The position numbers and the translations under genes were made by a program. A stretch of DNA of 63,941 nt, the filler included, from Klebsormidium nitens (lineage: Eukaryota > Plantae > Klebsormidiophyceae), in the NCBI GenBank assembly GCA_000708835.1. It is 10 parts of 10 records of this genome, joined end to end, with 100 filler letters (N's around TTAATTAATTAA, not from the genome) between each part and the next. Parts side by side here need not be neighbours in the genome. Positions count along the whole stretch, not along the records: positions 1 to 20,117 come from DF237923.1; positions 20,218 to 26,294 come from DF238381.1; 8 more parts are not named here. One strand, 5' to 3'. Below are positions 11,772 through 24,704 of this stretch, one piece after another (the stretch's first letter is position 1; every line of letters starts with the position of its first letter). A model generated the notes under the pieces. The model did not search any database and was not told the origin of the DNA. It saw nothing but the letters and a program-made list of their open reading frames with translations.

Positions 11772-14700
11772 TCACAAAGCTATCCGCGTGACTGCGCGCC
11801 CATAACGAGCCGTGCTCGCTACAATCGTGGGACCTTCGAATTGCCCGCGTTCAGTATGCTGCACTTCTGCTTCTGACTTGGGAGCGGCACCACCACCGGC
11901 GGTTGGCAACAGGCCGTCCGACTGGACGTCCTCTCCGCTGCAGTAAAAAATGAATTTCATCGAGCCGATCATCAGACACCGTAACTTCCAGATTATGCAT
12001 GCTCGGGTCCAACAAGAGTGCGGAATACTGAACTGGACTTATTGGCAAACGTACAATCTTACAAGCCAGTAGAAAAGGAAAGTTCGACGAGTTGTAAAGA
12101 CAGAAAAGCAGATCGTGCTCGGCACCTGTTGATGTATTGGCCCACAATCAATTGCGAAACGACACAAGCGCAAGCGGATTACTAAACATACGCACCACGT
12201 CTCATCGTCGGTGTGCAGCTCCTCCTGCGTCCCCTCCTCCACAATCTGCTCGTTCACCGCCCCTATCCCTAGGTCACGCACCCCGAGCTCGCAGATCCGC
12301 CTGTACACCGCCTTGATGTCCCGGCTCCGGACATGACCCTCGCTGATCCACCGCGCAACTGCAACACACACGTCCACAAGGAGACGATTCAAACGAGTGT
12401 CGAACTCACAATATGGACAGCGCACGGAGGGGTTCGAAACATCGAACTACTCCCAACCCTCGTTCATTCCTAGACCTGTTGACAGGGCGACTCAAATCAA
12501 GTTCAGCGCCAGACTTCCATATATGGCGTCCCTTCAAAAGCTACGCCACACACTAGAATGCCAAATCACCTAGTATAACCTACCTGAGCCCCACTCCCCG
12601 ACCACGGACGGATCCTTCGCATACTGTTTCAAACACCCCGGTACCACGCCCTCCTCCTCCGTCCAACGTGAGTGCTGCATCGCCCGCAGTCTATACCCAA
12701 GCTGCAGTAGGTCGGAGAGACCGACACGCGCGGGGAACACACCCTTCATCACCAGCATGTAGTCGCAGCGCACCGCCAGACCACCTACACAAGGTGAGAG
12801 TCGAATCTCAAGAGCATCCCTTGAAATTGACGTACTGCGTGCTTTGATGTTTCATAACGAGCAACTGCCCCCGATTTCCGTAAAAAGTTCCTGGGTGTGC
12901 CGATCCTGGGATGCATACATTTGCAACCCATTAGACCATCTCCAAGAAACGTACGCATGCAAGTATCCCACCTTGTGAGGCCCTCTTCAACAGCTCCCGC
13001 GTGGCTTGGCGAAGACTGGTCGCGAGGGCCACCAGCGCACGGTCCCCGTGGGAGTACTTCGTCCCCCAATGCCCGACCAACTGCGCCAGGATGCCGCTGT
13101 TCACCGCTATGGCCACCGTGTCTAGTCGCGCCTGCGCAAGGTGTATGAAACTTTGTTTCAGAAACTACCACCACGCTGCCGACCTTCCCATCCCAGCGTT
13201 GCAGTCATCCTGAGACTTTGAAACAAGAACCCCTGACATCAACGTAAGCATTGACAGGACTGGAAGAAGCATGCGCCGTACCTGTGCAAGCTCGAAGGAT
13301 TTCCAGCCCTTCCCAGCATCCTTGGAATTGATCACCGAGTGGAGCGACTCGTTTGCGATTGTATCGCGAAAGAATCTGAACAATTTCTGATTCGCCAACA
13401 AGGCGTTGAGGACCAGCGGTTCGGCGAAGTTTTTGAATGCGTGATCGATCTCCCTGCAAAAGGAATCGTTCCAACAAGGATCAAATCCTCCTTCACAAAT
13501 CCACACTGCTAGAACAACACGCACTTTGTAAACTCGAGCCAACAAGAGGGAGGCAGGGGACGAGGACGCAACACTTCTCGCACACGGAGAAACTGTCCGC
13601 AGTCTGCTCTATACAGATTTCTCTGAGTAACGATCTTACATGCGGTCGCAGATGCCCCGTGCTGCGTTGGCCATTGCCTCGGCAGCCCCCATCACACGGC
13701 GCGAGGAGGAAGCCGAAAGCGGCGGCTCCGGCCGAAGCTGCTCCCCACTGTAGAGAACCCCGAGCCGCGCCGCGACGCTCTGGAAGGCAGTCGATGAAGA
13801 AGCGCGGGCCTGCACAGGGAACGAGACAAGCTCGATAGAAATAGGGAGAAATCCGGGCTTGCAGTCCGGGCAGGGTCTCGAGAAAGGAACTGGCGTGCGT
13901 GACTTTTACACAGCTGTACAAGCCGTCATTTTGTACTTACCTTAGAGTAGAAGGCGAGCACCGCCGCCACGTTGTAAACGAGGTCGGCCTGGCAGCTGTA
14001 GCCAACGACGGGGTAGTACGCATCCACGTCGCTTGGCTTGAGACGCAACTTCACGCACAAGCGGCGGAGGGTTGCGAGAGCGCAGCGCTGCACGGTGCTA
14101 GGAGAGAAGCGGCTCCGCAGCTGGACACCGTCCGGGAGGACATGATCTTGTAGGCAAAGCCGCTGTCCACATTCAACAGGAGTGACCAATCGATGCCTTT
14201 CCAACATCGAAACACAGGGGGCTTGCAGCAATGAAAGACGCACTAAACCCCAAAATCAACTTACAACAAGGCCCTCACCCCTACCGACAGAGGTGTGCGA
14301 ACAGCGCTCACGTGCATGAACAGTTGCCCAACAAAGACTCACCCATGCGGTGCTGACCTCCATACGTCCGCTGTGGATGAGGGCCGTCGAGAACCGTAAC
14401 TGAAAGCAAGAAGAGAAAGGTTGGTGAATCAGGTTTCGCAGGCAAACCCAAAAAAAGGCCACTCTGATCAGGTCGGCCTCGCACCAACAATTAGCGACAA
14501 CGAGGTTTCGAACAGGTCTGAGTAATTGTTTCCTTCAAAGAGCGCCTTCAAAGAGCGCTGAAGAACAGACACGTGTCGCTCCTACCTCGGAAGTGTGCAG
14601 GCTCTCGCCCTGGAAGGCCCGCTCCAGTACGGCCGCAATTTCAACAGGGCTCCGGCACGTCGAGGGAGCCTCGACCACAACGTTCTCGGGGGAGAGAGGC

Positions 14701-17700
14701 CGAAGGTCGGAGTCCCCCAGGGTTGGGCGGGGGCTGGCGGACGTGGGGTCCGGCCGGGAGAGACGACCGCTGAAGCACAGCTCCAAGTCGTACTTTACAG
14801 CCGAGTAGTCCCCATGGCCCTTCTCAAGCTTCCGCGAGAACGCCCACTCGCGATGCTTGATAATCTGCAGGGAGTGCTGGTCAGGCAACCCTTTAGAAAC
14901 GGATTTTGCTGGACAGCTTGGCCACGTGTACAACGGCAAAGTTGCGGGCCCGTGCCAAAGTTTAACCAGGCTTCCGAAATATATCGAGCTAGGCATCCAC
15001 ATCAAAGCAGATCCGAGACTAGAAAACGGTTCAACACAACCAATTGCGAATAGAGCTACTCAGTCAAGTACTTTGAACGGGGAAGCGCAGGGCTGAGCAG
15101 AACGAGACCGTTGAAAATCGAAATTCGAGCAAGAAACGGTTAGCCGATGCGACCACGCACCTCGGCGACAACAAAGTCCGCCTCGGAGATAGTGGGGAAA
15201 ATCTCCTTAAGCAACCGGCGGATGAAAACGTGGTCCCGCTTGATGGAGTCAGTGACCAGCAGGGGCGGTGGTGCGCTAGGTCCCTGCGTCTCCGCGCGGT
15301 ACCGCAGGACCTTGGTAATCTGCAGATGCACTCATAGCTTAAATCGAGTTTTCTTTTAAAGGTTCACGTGCAGCATGCGTACTTGCAGACATCAACACTC
15401 GTCTGGGTGACCGAAACGTTTTGGGAATGCTCTGGAAAACCGACTCAAGGCTCTGGATATAAGACCATAGCTCACCACGCTCTCAAGCGCCTGATGGCTC
15501 CCGTGAGGCACCAGAATGGGCGACTCGAGCGCCAGCCCAGCAGCGCCTGCAATGACCCGAAAGTGACAGTGAAAAACCATAATAAAACACCTTTGGGACT
15601 TGTAAGATGTTGCAGGGCTTGCAGCCAACGTACCAGACGCCTCACATGAGACGCAATTGTAGGTAAGAAAACCAAATGTCACAATCATTGGCCGGAGAGC
15701 GAACGCACGTACCTGTGACGGTAACGAACGCAGCGGGAACCGAGCTGACTGCGCCATGGTTGCACACGATCGCCCCTTCCGCAGTCGTCTCCTCCACAAC
15801 GGCCCCGTCCAGCTTGATCATGACCCCATTAGCTGCCGTATAAGAAACATCCCACGCCACCTTTTGTGTGCAAAGCAGTCAAGGAAGAGACGGTTTGGAA
15901 GCGGATGCAACCAAGACCACAAGAGCGCAGTGAAGAGATATATGCAGGCAAAGGGGAGTGTGCCGTTGGAGGATATCCGTCATAGGAGACAATCTCCTTG
16001 TAGTAGTTGGCCAGGTTGGGGCGGACGAGCTTCTCGTGCCAGAGAAGAAACATGTTGGTCACTGTCTCAGTTGATGGCAGCATACGATTGAGCGCGTCCA
16101 GCAGGCGGTCATCGTTGGGGGCAAATGAGGTCAATGCCTCCCTCATGATAACCTGGAAGCCAATGAACGCTGCAATGAGCTGCAAGACAAGACATTCGCA
16201 GCAATCTCGGACCGGCACAGACCAGATGTGGAGAGCACGAAGGGGCTTGCAGAGGTGCGTGCACGACAGATGCAGAAAAGGGCCAGAAAAGGGCCAGCCA
16301 CAACAACGTCAGGTTGTCACCTCTTGTAGAGCCTAAAGCTGGTTCACGGACCAGAGCTGAAATAGGTTCCTGATAGCCTGGGATCAAAGATGACAAAACA
16401 AAGCTTCAGCGCGCGGGCTCACAATACCATGGACCACAAGCTTTCCTGTATTTAACATTGGGAATTGCCATCTAACACATTGGACGTCACTCACACACCT
16501 TGATTCAATCGCACAAGCACAGTCAGTCCTCTAGATACCTGCCGCCACTGAACTTGCATCAACACCGCACTGGTCATTGAAGTCCTGGGCACAGGGGCCT
16601 GAGGACTCACGGCTTGCACATTCTAGTTGTCGCAAATATGTTGTCGCAGCAGCATGGCGGCAGCTTCACTGAAGTACACATCGCCCACGGGAAGAAGGTT
16701 CGGGCGGTAAGTTGTGCCAGGGGGACGGTCGGTGCGTGCCAGAGCTGGATGGTCACACGTGAATCGGGACGCCTTGCCTGCATGCAAGATACCAGGCAAC
16801 TCAAAATCACACTGCAAACGTGAGGACCAGTACACTTTGCACAATCTGACAGCAGTAGCAAGTTAGCATGACAATATGGACCCTCAAGCAGAAGCAACGC
16901 AATACCAAGACAATTCGAGACTGAGGACAGTTCTGTTACCAGTTGCATAGCAGCTGTACTCATCGACCTTCAACCTCTTGGGACGGTCGACATCGATCGG
17001 ATAGCGCTCTAAACAGCGTACGCCGGAACTGGACAGCGCAAGCAACACCAGGGTGCTCCTCAAAGCGAGGGCAGCGCGCTGGTATATAGCGCTGCCCATC
17101 CACTCCAACCAGCTGCAAGTGCACGACAGGAAGCAGCATGGGGGATGCAGCTCGCTGTAGGGGCATGAGCTCTGTCCCGGCAGATGGCGTGTGCTGCGCC
17201 ATGCTTTCGACGAGTTCATCAACAAGGGACCGCGCCTGCAAAATGAAGGTGACACTTAAGATTTCGCAGATATGTGTTTTGCAGGTGGTGAGAAGTTGTG
17301 AAGAAGAAAGATCAGCATTTCACAGCCGCAACACGCAACCAGAAACGAGCCAAAACAGTCGATTGATCGATATTCACACAAGAGAGAAACTCCAGGCCAA
17401 CGAATCTGGCAAGCACGCAAGCATATAATACATCGGACGGCATTCAAGAGCAGAGTTCCCAATGCAGCACCTTCGCTGCAGCGGTATCCCGCATGTCGCC
17501 CTCCCGCTCCAGAGCCGCCAGCTCGTCTTCAGAGCGCAGGCGGTAGACGCCGCCAGACAGCTCAAAGAGTTGACCCCATTCGTCGATGCACGACAGTGGC
17601 TGGATGTCGATGGCTTCAGAAGACAGCTCCCACAACGCCGGCAAGGGTGCGTCCGCCCGAAGGCCCCTGTCATAGAAGCGGCGGTCATTGATAGGCACCA

Positions 17701-19495
17701 AGTCATGGACCTTGAGAGCAGGCTCGTCGGTCTCGCGCTCTTGAGCCTCTTGGAGAGATGCAGGGCCGCAGCAGAGCGCGTTGAAGGGGGGGCCGTCAGC
17801 AGCGAGCATCCAAACGAAGTAGCCAGAGGGAGGGATCGTGGCAGCAGCGACAGATTCCTCGAAACGCCGGTAGAAGTTGGGAACATGCCGGAAGTTGCTG
17901 CAAGCAGCAACACGCATGTTTATCAACCAGTGAATCAATGAAAGCTACGCCCATAACAGACAGGTAGACGAACAGCAGAGCAGATCAAAGAGGAAACCGC
18001 AGTTGTTCAGCGCTTGTTGAGCTGCAGTCGCTACAAGCGAACAGGGGAACAATGCAGCTTTGCGTGTCTCACCATTGAACAGAGCGCATCGCCGCGCAAC
18101 CGGGATCTGGCGACCAAGCTTGGCGCGCGCGCGCAGAAGCGAAGCAGGGTCCAAAGCTGCAGGAACCTGTCAAAAGACTTTGAAATCAGCAGCAGCAGTT
18201 GGTTTTGAAACCTTTTGCCAATCCTCACTCGCAACAGTCATCCCTGCTTCTGACAAGAATGTAGAACTCGTTCACATACGAGAGGGACTGCAATCCTCAT
18301 GAACCATTGTGAACATTGTTTGCTAGGGACCAGGCCTTGAAACTGCTTACAGGCGCCGGCGCATTAGGCTCTTCTTGTGAAAGTTTGTTGTACTATAGCT
18401 GTTTTGCTGATGCCACACCCGGTGCTAACGTCTTAGTGTTGTGGTTGTCATCCCTCTTGGTAAGAGCTTTGAAAGTCTCTTGAACATGGGCCTCTGCAGA
18501 AACAAGAGCACAAATGACAAATCGCTTTTGTCCAAAGAACCCCAACACACACAACAATCAGAGCCAGTTGAAGGCAAATCCCAACCCTTGCATAAGCTAG
18601 CACCCCTTTAATCAGCAGAAACTCCTGTTTTCAAACATGAGAGCCCCAATTATCCTGACGAATTAGAACATTCCAGATCGCGCGCTTACCTGCGCGCTGT
18701 GCTTCCTGTTTGTGCGAGTTAAGATGACCAGACAGTTTATCTTTCTTTGCGACGCCAAATCCACAGCGAGAAGCGGTGCAGTGCCAGTGCTTTTTTATAG
18801 TAGTGCCGTCCGTCTTAGCAAACTTGCAGCCAGCATAGCTGCAGCTTCCCTCTTTGCGAGTGAGAATGTACCCGTCTGCAGAAATAACTTTCAACAAAAC
18901 TCAGAACCCGAGCACAGCAATCTGATGCATATGTTAACCGACCGACAGCGTATCTGATACATCTGAAGCTAGCAAATGCAGGATTTGACTTCAGAAAGAG
19001 AACGCGAGGATATAAGGACGTAAGCTCACCGATAAAGTCCTTTTCACACACTGCCCCATGTGACTTTGCATTAGAGATCCTTTCAGATTGATGCTGATTG
19101 CAGACTAAGCAATGAAAGTGACGCTTGCTGGAGATGTATGACCCCAGTATGCAGAATTTGCAGCCCCCAACTGTGCATGGCTGCCCCGCTTCTACAACAC
19201 GCCAATTTTCTTTGAAGATCTTGTCCCTCGCAGCTAGAGCTTTGCTGACCACATTGGCTGCTGATCAAGGGGACGATGCCTTATGTTTAGTCACGTCCGT
19301 GTCAAATGCCGCATTGCCATCAGCAGAGATATGCTTACTCAGATTGACCGGCATCACAGGGTCAACATTCTCCTTCCCAGCGGTTTCTACAGGGACCTTT
19401 TTGCGAGAGGGCATGTCTATGTTAAAACAGTGGCCACCATCCTGCTCGAGTCCCTCAGAAGCACGCTTCTTTCCTAGGCTACTGGCCGCAGCCAT
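11772..19495 (-). pseudogene. Intron-rich DDE-type transposase (Dada/DUF6729-like) with N-terminal Castor-type zinc fingers, frameshifted
   Basis: Exons: C..GGCKF...HFHCLVC...H and C.YAGCKF...HWHCTASRCGF...HLNSH (ZnF), RCP...SSGV...IDVD (DUF6729-like), IVSYDG (D1, ~15980), RYRAETQGPSAPPPLLVTDS (D2, ~15249), IIKHREW..L.K.H.DY (~14860) and RDTIANESLHSVIN (E, ~13349). GT-AG introns flank these blocks; frameshift near 17040. Confidence 0.65.
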
Positions 19496-19885
19496 TTCAT
19501 TTAGGCTTCTACGAGATTGTGCTTCCCTTAAAGGCAGATTCTGAAGATGAGACGCGTCTGCTTTATCATCATCTCAAAAGGCCTCTCACAAGGTTCCCAA
19601 CTTTTCCACCACTAGGTCTAGTAGCTCACTTGGAGACAAGTTGCAGCTGACAACGGATGCAGCTCAAGAAGCCAGCAGAAAAGCATGACCAATGCAACCA
19701 ATGCAGTGCAATGCAGCTGGTAAATGCAACGTTCTATCCATGTAGAGAACAACTGGTTGAGCGTTCTGCTGCTTCTGCATCCGTTTCCAAGTTCTGCCGC
19801 ATGCACTCGAGCTGCAGTCTGCAGCGTTCAGTCTGGCTGGCGCGGTTCCGCACGATTACACGCGACCGAAGGCCGGAATCCGCGT

Positions 19886-19927
19886 TCGCAGACCGGAAAC
19901 TTAAAATTTCCTCTGTGGTCAAGATTA
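19886..19927 (-). repeat. Right terminal inverted repeat
   Basis: The reverse complement is taatcttgaccacagaggaaattttaagtttccggtctgcga: 15 bp identical to the left end, then 2 mismatches and 1 indel. Confidence 0.85.
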
Positions 19928-20117
19928 CCGGGCCCCTACATTGGCGGCTGAGCGGAGAGACTCCGAGGAAGGCGGGCGCAACGCAAGCGAGCCGGAGAAA
20001 GGAGAAGAGAGCGGAAAAAGCGGGCAATTGGAGGAGGAGGAGGCGGACGGCGAGGAAGGATTGGAAGACTACGATTCCGAAAATAACGCCGGGTCGGTGG
20101 ATGTGACTGTTAGAAGT

Positions 20118-20217
20118 NNNNNNNNNNNNNNNNNNNNNNNNNNNNNNNNNNNNNNNNNNNNTTAATTAATTAANNNNNNNNNNNNNNNNNNNNNNNNNNN
20201 NNNNNNNNNNNNNNNNN
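20118..20217. other. Assembly gap with TTAATTAATTAA linker (also 26295, 32396, 38236, 45554, 49166, 53689, 58534, 62835)
   Basis: 100-nt N blocks each containing the same 12-mer that puts stops in all six frames; plain N gaps also at 4859-4878 and 26981-27099. Confidence 0.97.
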
Positions 20218-20338
20218 TCTGCGATGAAAGCTTTCTTGTACTTCAGGACTTTCTTTCCGGCTCTTGACACATCAGACGAAATAACGACCTTGACAAGACT
20301 AGACAGAATATGATGTTCGACACTCTACTAGCGTGCAG

Positions 20339-21193
20339 ATGGAACCATCGAGGGTCTGCTCAACCTTCTGACGACAAACCCGAATCGAACTTTATGCATC
20401 TACGACGAGTTTCGTACTTTCCTCAACGCCATGGGTCTTTATAAAGGCGGGGGCCAGGGAGCTGCGTACGACGTCGCAACCTGGATGAAGCTATATAATG
20501 GCTCTAGTACAAAGAAGCATAACGTTGGCAAGGTTCTCCGGATACCAAAAACTTCGATGTCCATAGTTGGCTTCACGCAGATCTGGAATGCGTTTAAGTT
20601 TCTAGCACGAGATGACCACGAGGGTATGGGCTTCAAGGAGCGGTTTATGGTCGTCTTCCCGACTCCAATACTTCTTCCTTTCAAGGTATGTCGGACTTTC
20701 CAGAGTTCGCTCCTAGTCGCCGGCCGTGCTCGTGAACAGATCTCGCGCAATAGTCAACTTGAGCAACAGCTTTTCCGATCAAATAGATTTATTGTCTGCG
20801 GGAAATAGGAATCGAAAGGTTTGGCACCTGAGAAGCGGTCGTTGGCGCCAGCATTTGCATATGGTAGCTGGGCCGGAAAGGACTGTAAATATTGACTTCT
20901 AATGCATCCTTTTTGCACGCAGGACATTGGCAAGGTTCCGCAACTACCACGTGGACTGCGTATTTCCCAGCCTGCAAACGAAAACGAGGAGTTCGACTAT
21001 GATAACAATCCGCTTCGAGGATCATTGCTTCATCAGCTTCTCGAGACCTTTTTGCGTATTGGCGAAGATCACGGCAACAAAAGCCGCGTGTGGCTGTTTA
21101 CGGAGGAGGCCACGGAGGAGGCAGGGAAAGCTCACGATGCTGCTAACGACGTCATATGGGACCATTGGAAGGAAGGGGACGAACCGGGAGGGG
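20339..21193 (+). CDS. Second DUF3987-family gene, internal exons (5' end in gap)
   Basis: Exon 20339-20685 (cag|...|gtatgt) encodes GTIEGLL..LCIYDEF..WMKLYNG..SMSIVGFTQ..GFKERFMVVFP. Exon 20923-~21193 encodes ..WLFTEEATEE.. Further probable exons lie downstream. Confidence 0.75.
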
Positions 21194-24100
21194 GTAAGTG
21201 TTTACCTTGGCAGCTCATAGTGGGTCGACATGAAGCCAAATCACCTGACAATTGAGTCCGATGGGGGGGTCACCTTCTTTAATTTCAAGTGCTTTTCACC
21301 GCCGCCGTTTCAATTATGACAGCTCTTACGCTTTGACAGAGGCAAGGGCTCCACCAGCTATGATAAGACCAATTTGCGCGGCTCAGACTCCTGCGGGGTT
21401 TACATGTTCAGATTACCAGAGTAGTCCAATTAAGGAAAAAGCGTCGCAAAAACTCCCAAACTTAGTGACACCCCTCAAACTTACAAAGATGTAAGCCTCC
21501 GAGTCTTGCTTCCTAGCACCTATAGTATCCTACTTTCTGAGTTTTCAAGTCGTGTCAACTGAAACCAGTAGCCGGCGCCGCTTGCAGCGACAACTTCAAA
21601 AGAACGACCGCAGACCCACCGGGTTGCGCTTGCTTTTGCTGTGGTGGAGCATGCACTAGACCAGCTTTTGCAAGAAGACGAGTCGACCAGGCCTTACGGT
21701 GTTGTCGGGCTGGATTGCTATCGGGGCGCTGAAGCTTTGTGCGCTTACATCAAGCAAACCAAAGAGGTAAGTCCGGACGTCGAGTCGTCTCCGGTCGTAA
21801 TTCAGGACCATGAACCCGGGCCCATGTCCGCTCCATGTCCGAAGGTTACTCGTGAAACCGGGCGCTCTGATATCAAGTCGGAGCACGGCCGCGTGGCAAC
21901 CCGGCAATGGGGCAGGCCTATAGATTTTCGGACTCGGACTCGGCCCCAGGCCGCCGAAACTGAGCTTCTATAGATGTGCAATTGACTTTCGAGGCGCTAT
22001 AGCTCAATGGATCAGTGTTGACTTTCGGATGTGCAGATCCTTCTGGCAGATCCTGTCGAGCAGGATCTGCCCCTGACCGGAGAGGACGCGCTAAACGGAG
22101 AGCCAAAGGCAGGATCGACCTTTTCGGCGCTGGACGTCAACGCTTTGAACAAGGCTGCAAAAGTGAAAAGGTTGAAGACTTGCCAGTACTGGCCTTGCCC
22201 TCTTGTCTTCCAGCTGCCATTCCGATATAAGATTTCGAAATATTCAAGTTATGCTTTCAGTTTTGGGACGGACTTTGAAGAAAGCATCAGGAACTGGTGC
22301 GCCTGCAGTGGGCCGGTTGCACGTCGGGTCTTCGTGATAACGGCGCAAGTTGATCAGTGTAAATAGCTAGCTGGCGGAGTATAAGTTCAAGGTCTAGACT
22401 CCTGGTTTAATCTGGTTCACGAAGCAGATGTTTTGCACTGCACTTGCAGTGAAGTTCCCATTCTGTACGACGCTGAGCATTGAAGATGCTGCAAACGCAT
22501 CATACACAATTCAGTGAGTACCGGTCAGTGCCCTTTCTCTGGAGTGTGCTTGAGCCTGTTTAGTCGTCATAATGCGCAGGTCACTTCTTCTACAACCAGG
22601 CAACACGATAACGAAGCCGGACATGCTACGAAGGAAGGATTTCATCACATATGTAACGGAACTTGCTGTCGAAGGCCTTTGTTCGGCCTACCGCCTGCTT
22701 CCAGCGCAAAAGTGAGTTTGCCATAGATTCGATTCTGAGAAATCAGCTTCTCGTACTAACAAAGCTACATCTTTCACTTGACTCTTTGTCTTTATGATTG
22801 ATGGCCGCTACAATTGATCCACATCTCAAGCTTAGAGTTGGGTCGTATCCCAATACTTACCATTGAATCAGTGCTAACTTCACCGGATGCAGATCACCTT
22901 CAATCAATTTTGTCATCTCTCTCTAACAATAAAAGAGGTCACGCCCGGCAGTTGTCGTGACCGTTCTTAAATCAGCTAAGAAACGGTGAAATCTATCAAG
23001 ACCCATTTGCAATATAATTTACTTTGATTTGATTTTTTTGACCTGACAGGGGCGGGTGGGGCCAGCCACTAGCAGACAAAACGAGCCCCATCAACATGCC
23101 GGACGACGATACAGTCCAGGTACGCTGGAGTGCTCGTTGGGCAGCACTGGCAGCATCATCATCAGCTTTGTGCCTTTGTATCTTGAGCTTGGGCACCGTT
23201 GAAAATTAAACACACTTTCCATCACTTCGGCTCTGATTTTTGCATCGGACCGCCGTCCTTCCTTGCAGCTGATTGATCGGCTAGGAAAGTACAAGGTCGG
23301 GTACACGGAGTACTGCAGCGCCTTTAAGCAGGTGAGTAAGAAATGTTGTTCTATTATACGAGCTGATCTTGTAACTACAGCAGATTCAAATGCAAATCAG
23401 TGGACTTCTTACAAGGAGAGTCGTATCAAAAGTCCGTTCGCACTTCTTCCCATCCTCTTCAAACGCGCTTCAAGTCAAACACTAGCACTGTAAAGAAGAA
23501 GGACAGCAAATCAGGAATTGAGCTGGTCGTCTTAGGTTCTCCTGCATATTGTAAATCGTCACGTACGTTGCATATTAGAACGTTCCAGACGAAACTCTAG
23601 GCTTTCATTAATATCGACATAAACCCACAATGTTTACGGTTTGTGGGTATGCAGACGGCCGTCGCAAGCGTTGATGGGGGTGCACCAAGCTTCGACCTGG
23701 GAATTGAGCAGACGCATCCAGAAACTCAGGTTCGCAGCTCGACTTCTCTATTCTTTTGGCTTTCCTGACCGTATCAAACATCGACGTAGCTTTAAGTTGG
23801 GGACTGTATAATCTGACTCTAGCACAATGATTTCGTGTACTCATGGCGGGCACCAAACGTATCCGACCTTAAGATGATCGGAAGTCCGTGTAGTATCGGG
23901 CAGCCCAGACGCTTACCTTGACCCGGAACTACTTGATGTTTTCTATCTGTTGAAGCGACCTCCCCCCGCATGACATCCTCGCATAACCTATGCTTCTTGG
24001 AGCATACCGGAGACTTCTGGATCTAAATCGGGCTGACTATGGCAACCCATCTGTAACTTGAAGCTCCGTTGACAAATTTAGAATGTTGGACATGAGAAAG

Positions 24101-24704
24101 TGAGTCGACACTAAGGAGCGTGAATAAAACTCAATCGATTGAAGTTGTTTTCAAGAAATAACGCATTGAATCTTACATGTAGAACATACAACGAACGACT
24201 CCCCCGGCCGCAACTTTACAGCAGCTGGTGCTGCAAAGGTCGAAAGGCGCCGATCCTAGCTCAAGTGAGCCAGCCAATCTTGAGACGGGTGTGGAAACGG
24301 ATGTTGGCCTGGATCCGCTAGGTGGCGCTAACCTAGCCCTTCGGACGCCGGGGACGAAGACAGGAAGCCCGGCCGCGAACGCAACCAAGCAAGCCGAGGC
24401 TCATGGTGAGTATGCATGGGCATGCCATCAATACTACTTTCAAACTGGCACGTTCGAGGGTTGGAGTCACCTGCTGCGGTGCGGCACGTAGTCTTGAATT
24501 GATAAGTCTGATAAAACGAAATTTTTCTATGCCAGCTTGACTGAGTCTAGTCGCCCGGATAGGACGGAAGCACCTGACGCAGCTGCCATCCGCCGTCAAT
24601 CCCGAGGCTTCGCAAAGTGCACTGGGAGTCCGCTTTGAAGAAGTTAAAACCCAGGTCCTGAAATCCAATCAAGGAACTTTCAATCTCATTCGTCCTAGGA
24701 TCCA

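Larger units (their letters stand above)
2690..19927 (-). mobile_element. Candidate 17.2-kb TIR DNA transposon carrying a DDE-type transposase and a DUF3987 ATPase
   Basis: Inward-facing imperfect TIRs at 2690-2724 and 19894-19927, both beginning with TA. Two intron-rich minus-strand genes lie inside, with a subterminal tandem repeat at the left end. Confidence 0.65.

Noticed and set aside
20162-20173. Recurrent TTAATTAATTAA palindrome
   Set aside because: It always sits in the middle of 100-nt N blocks, so it is an assembly linker. ORFs running through or starting at it are artefacts.
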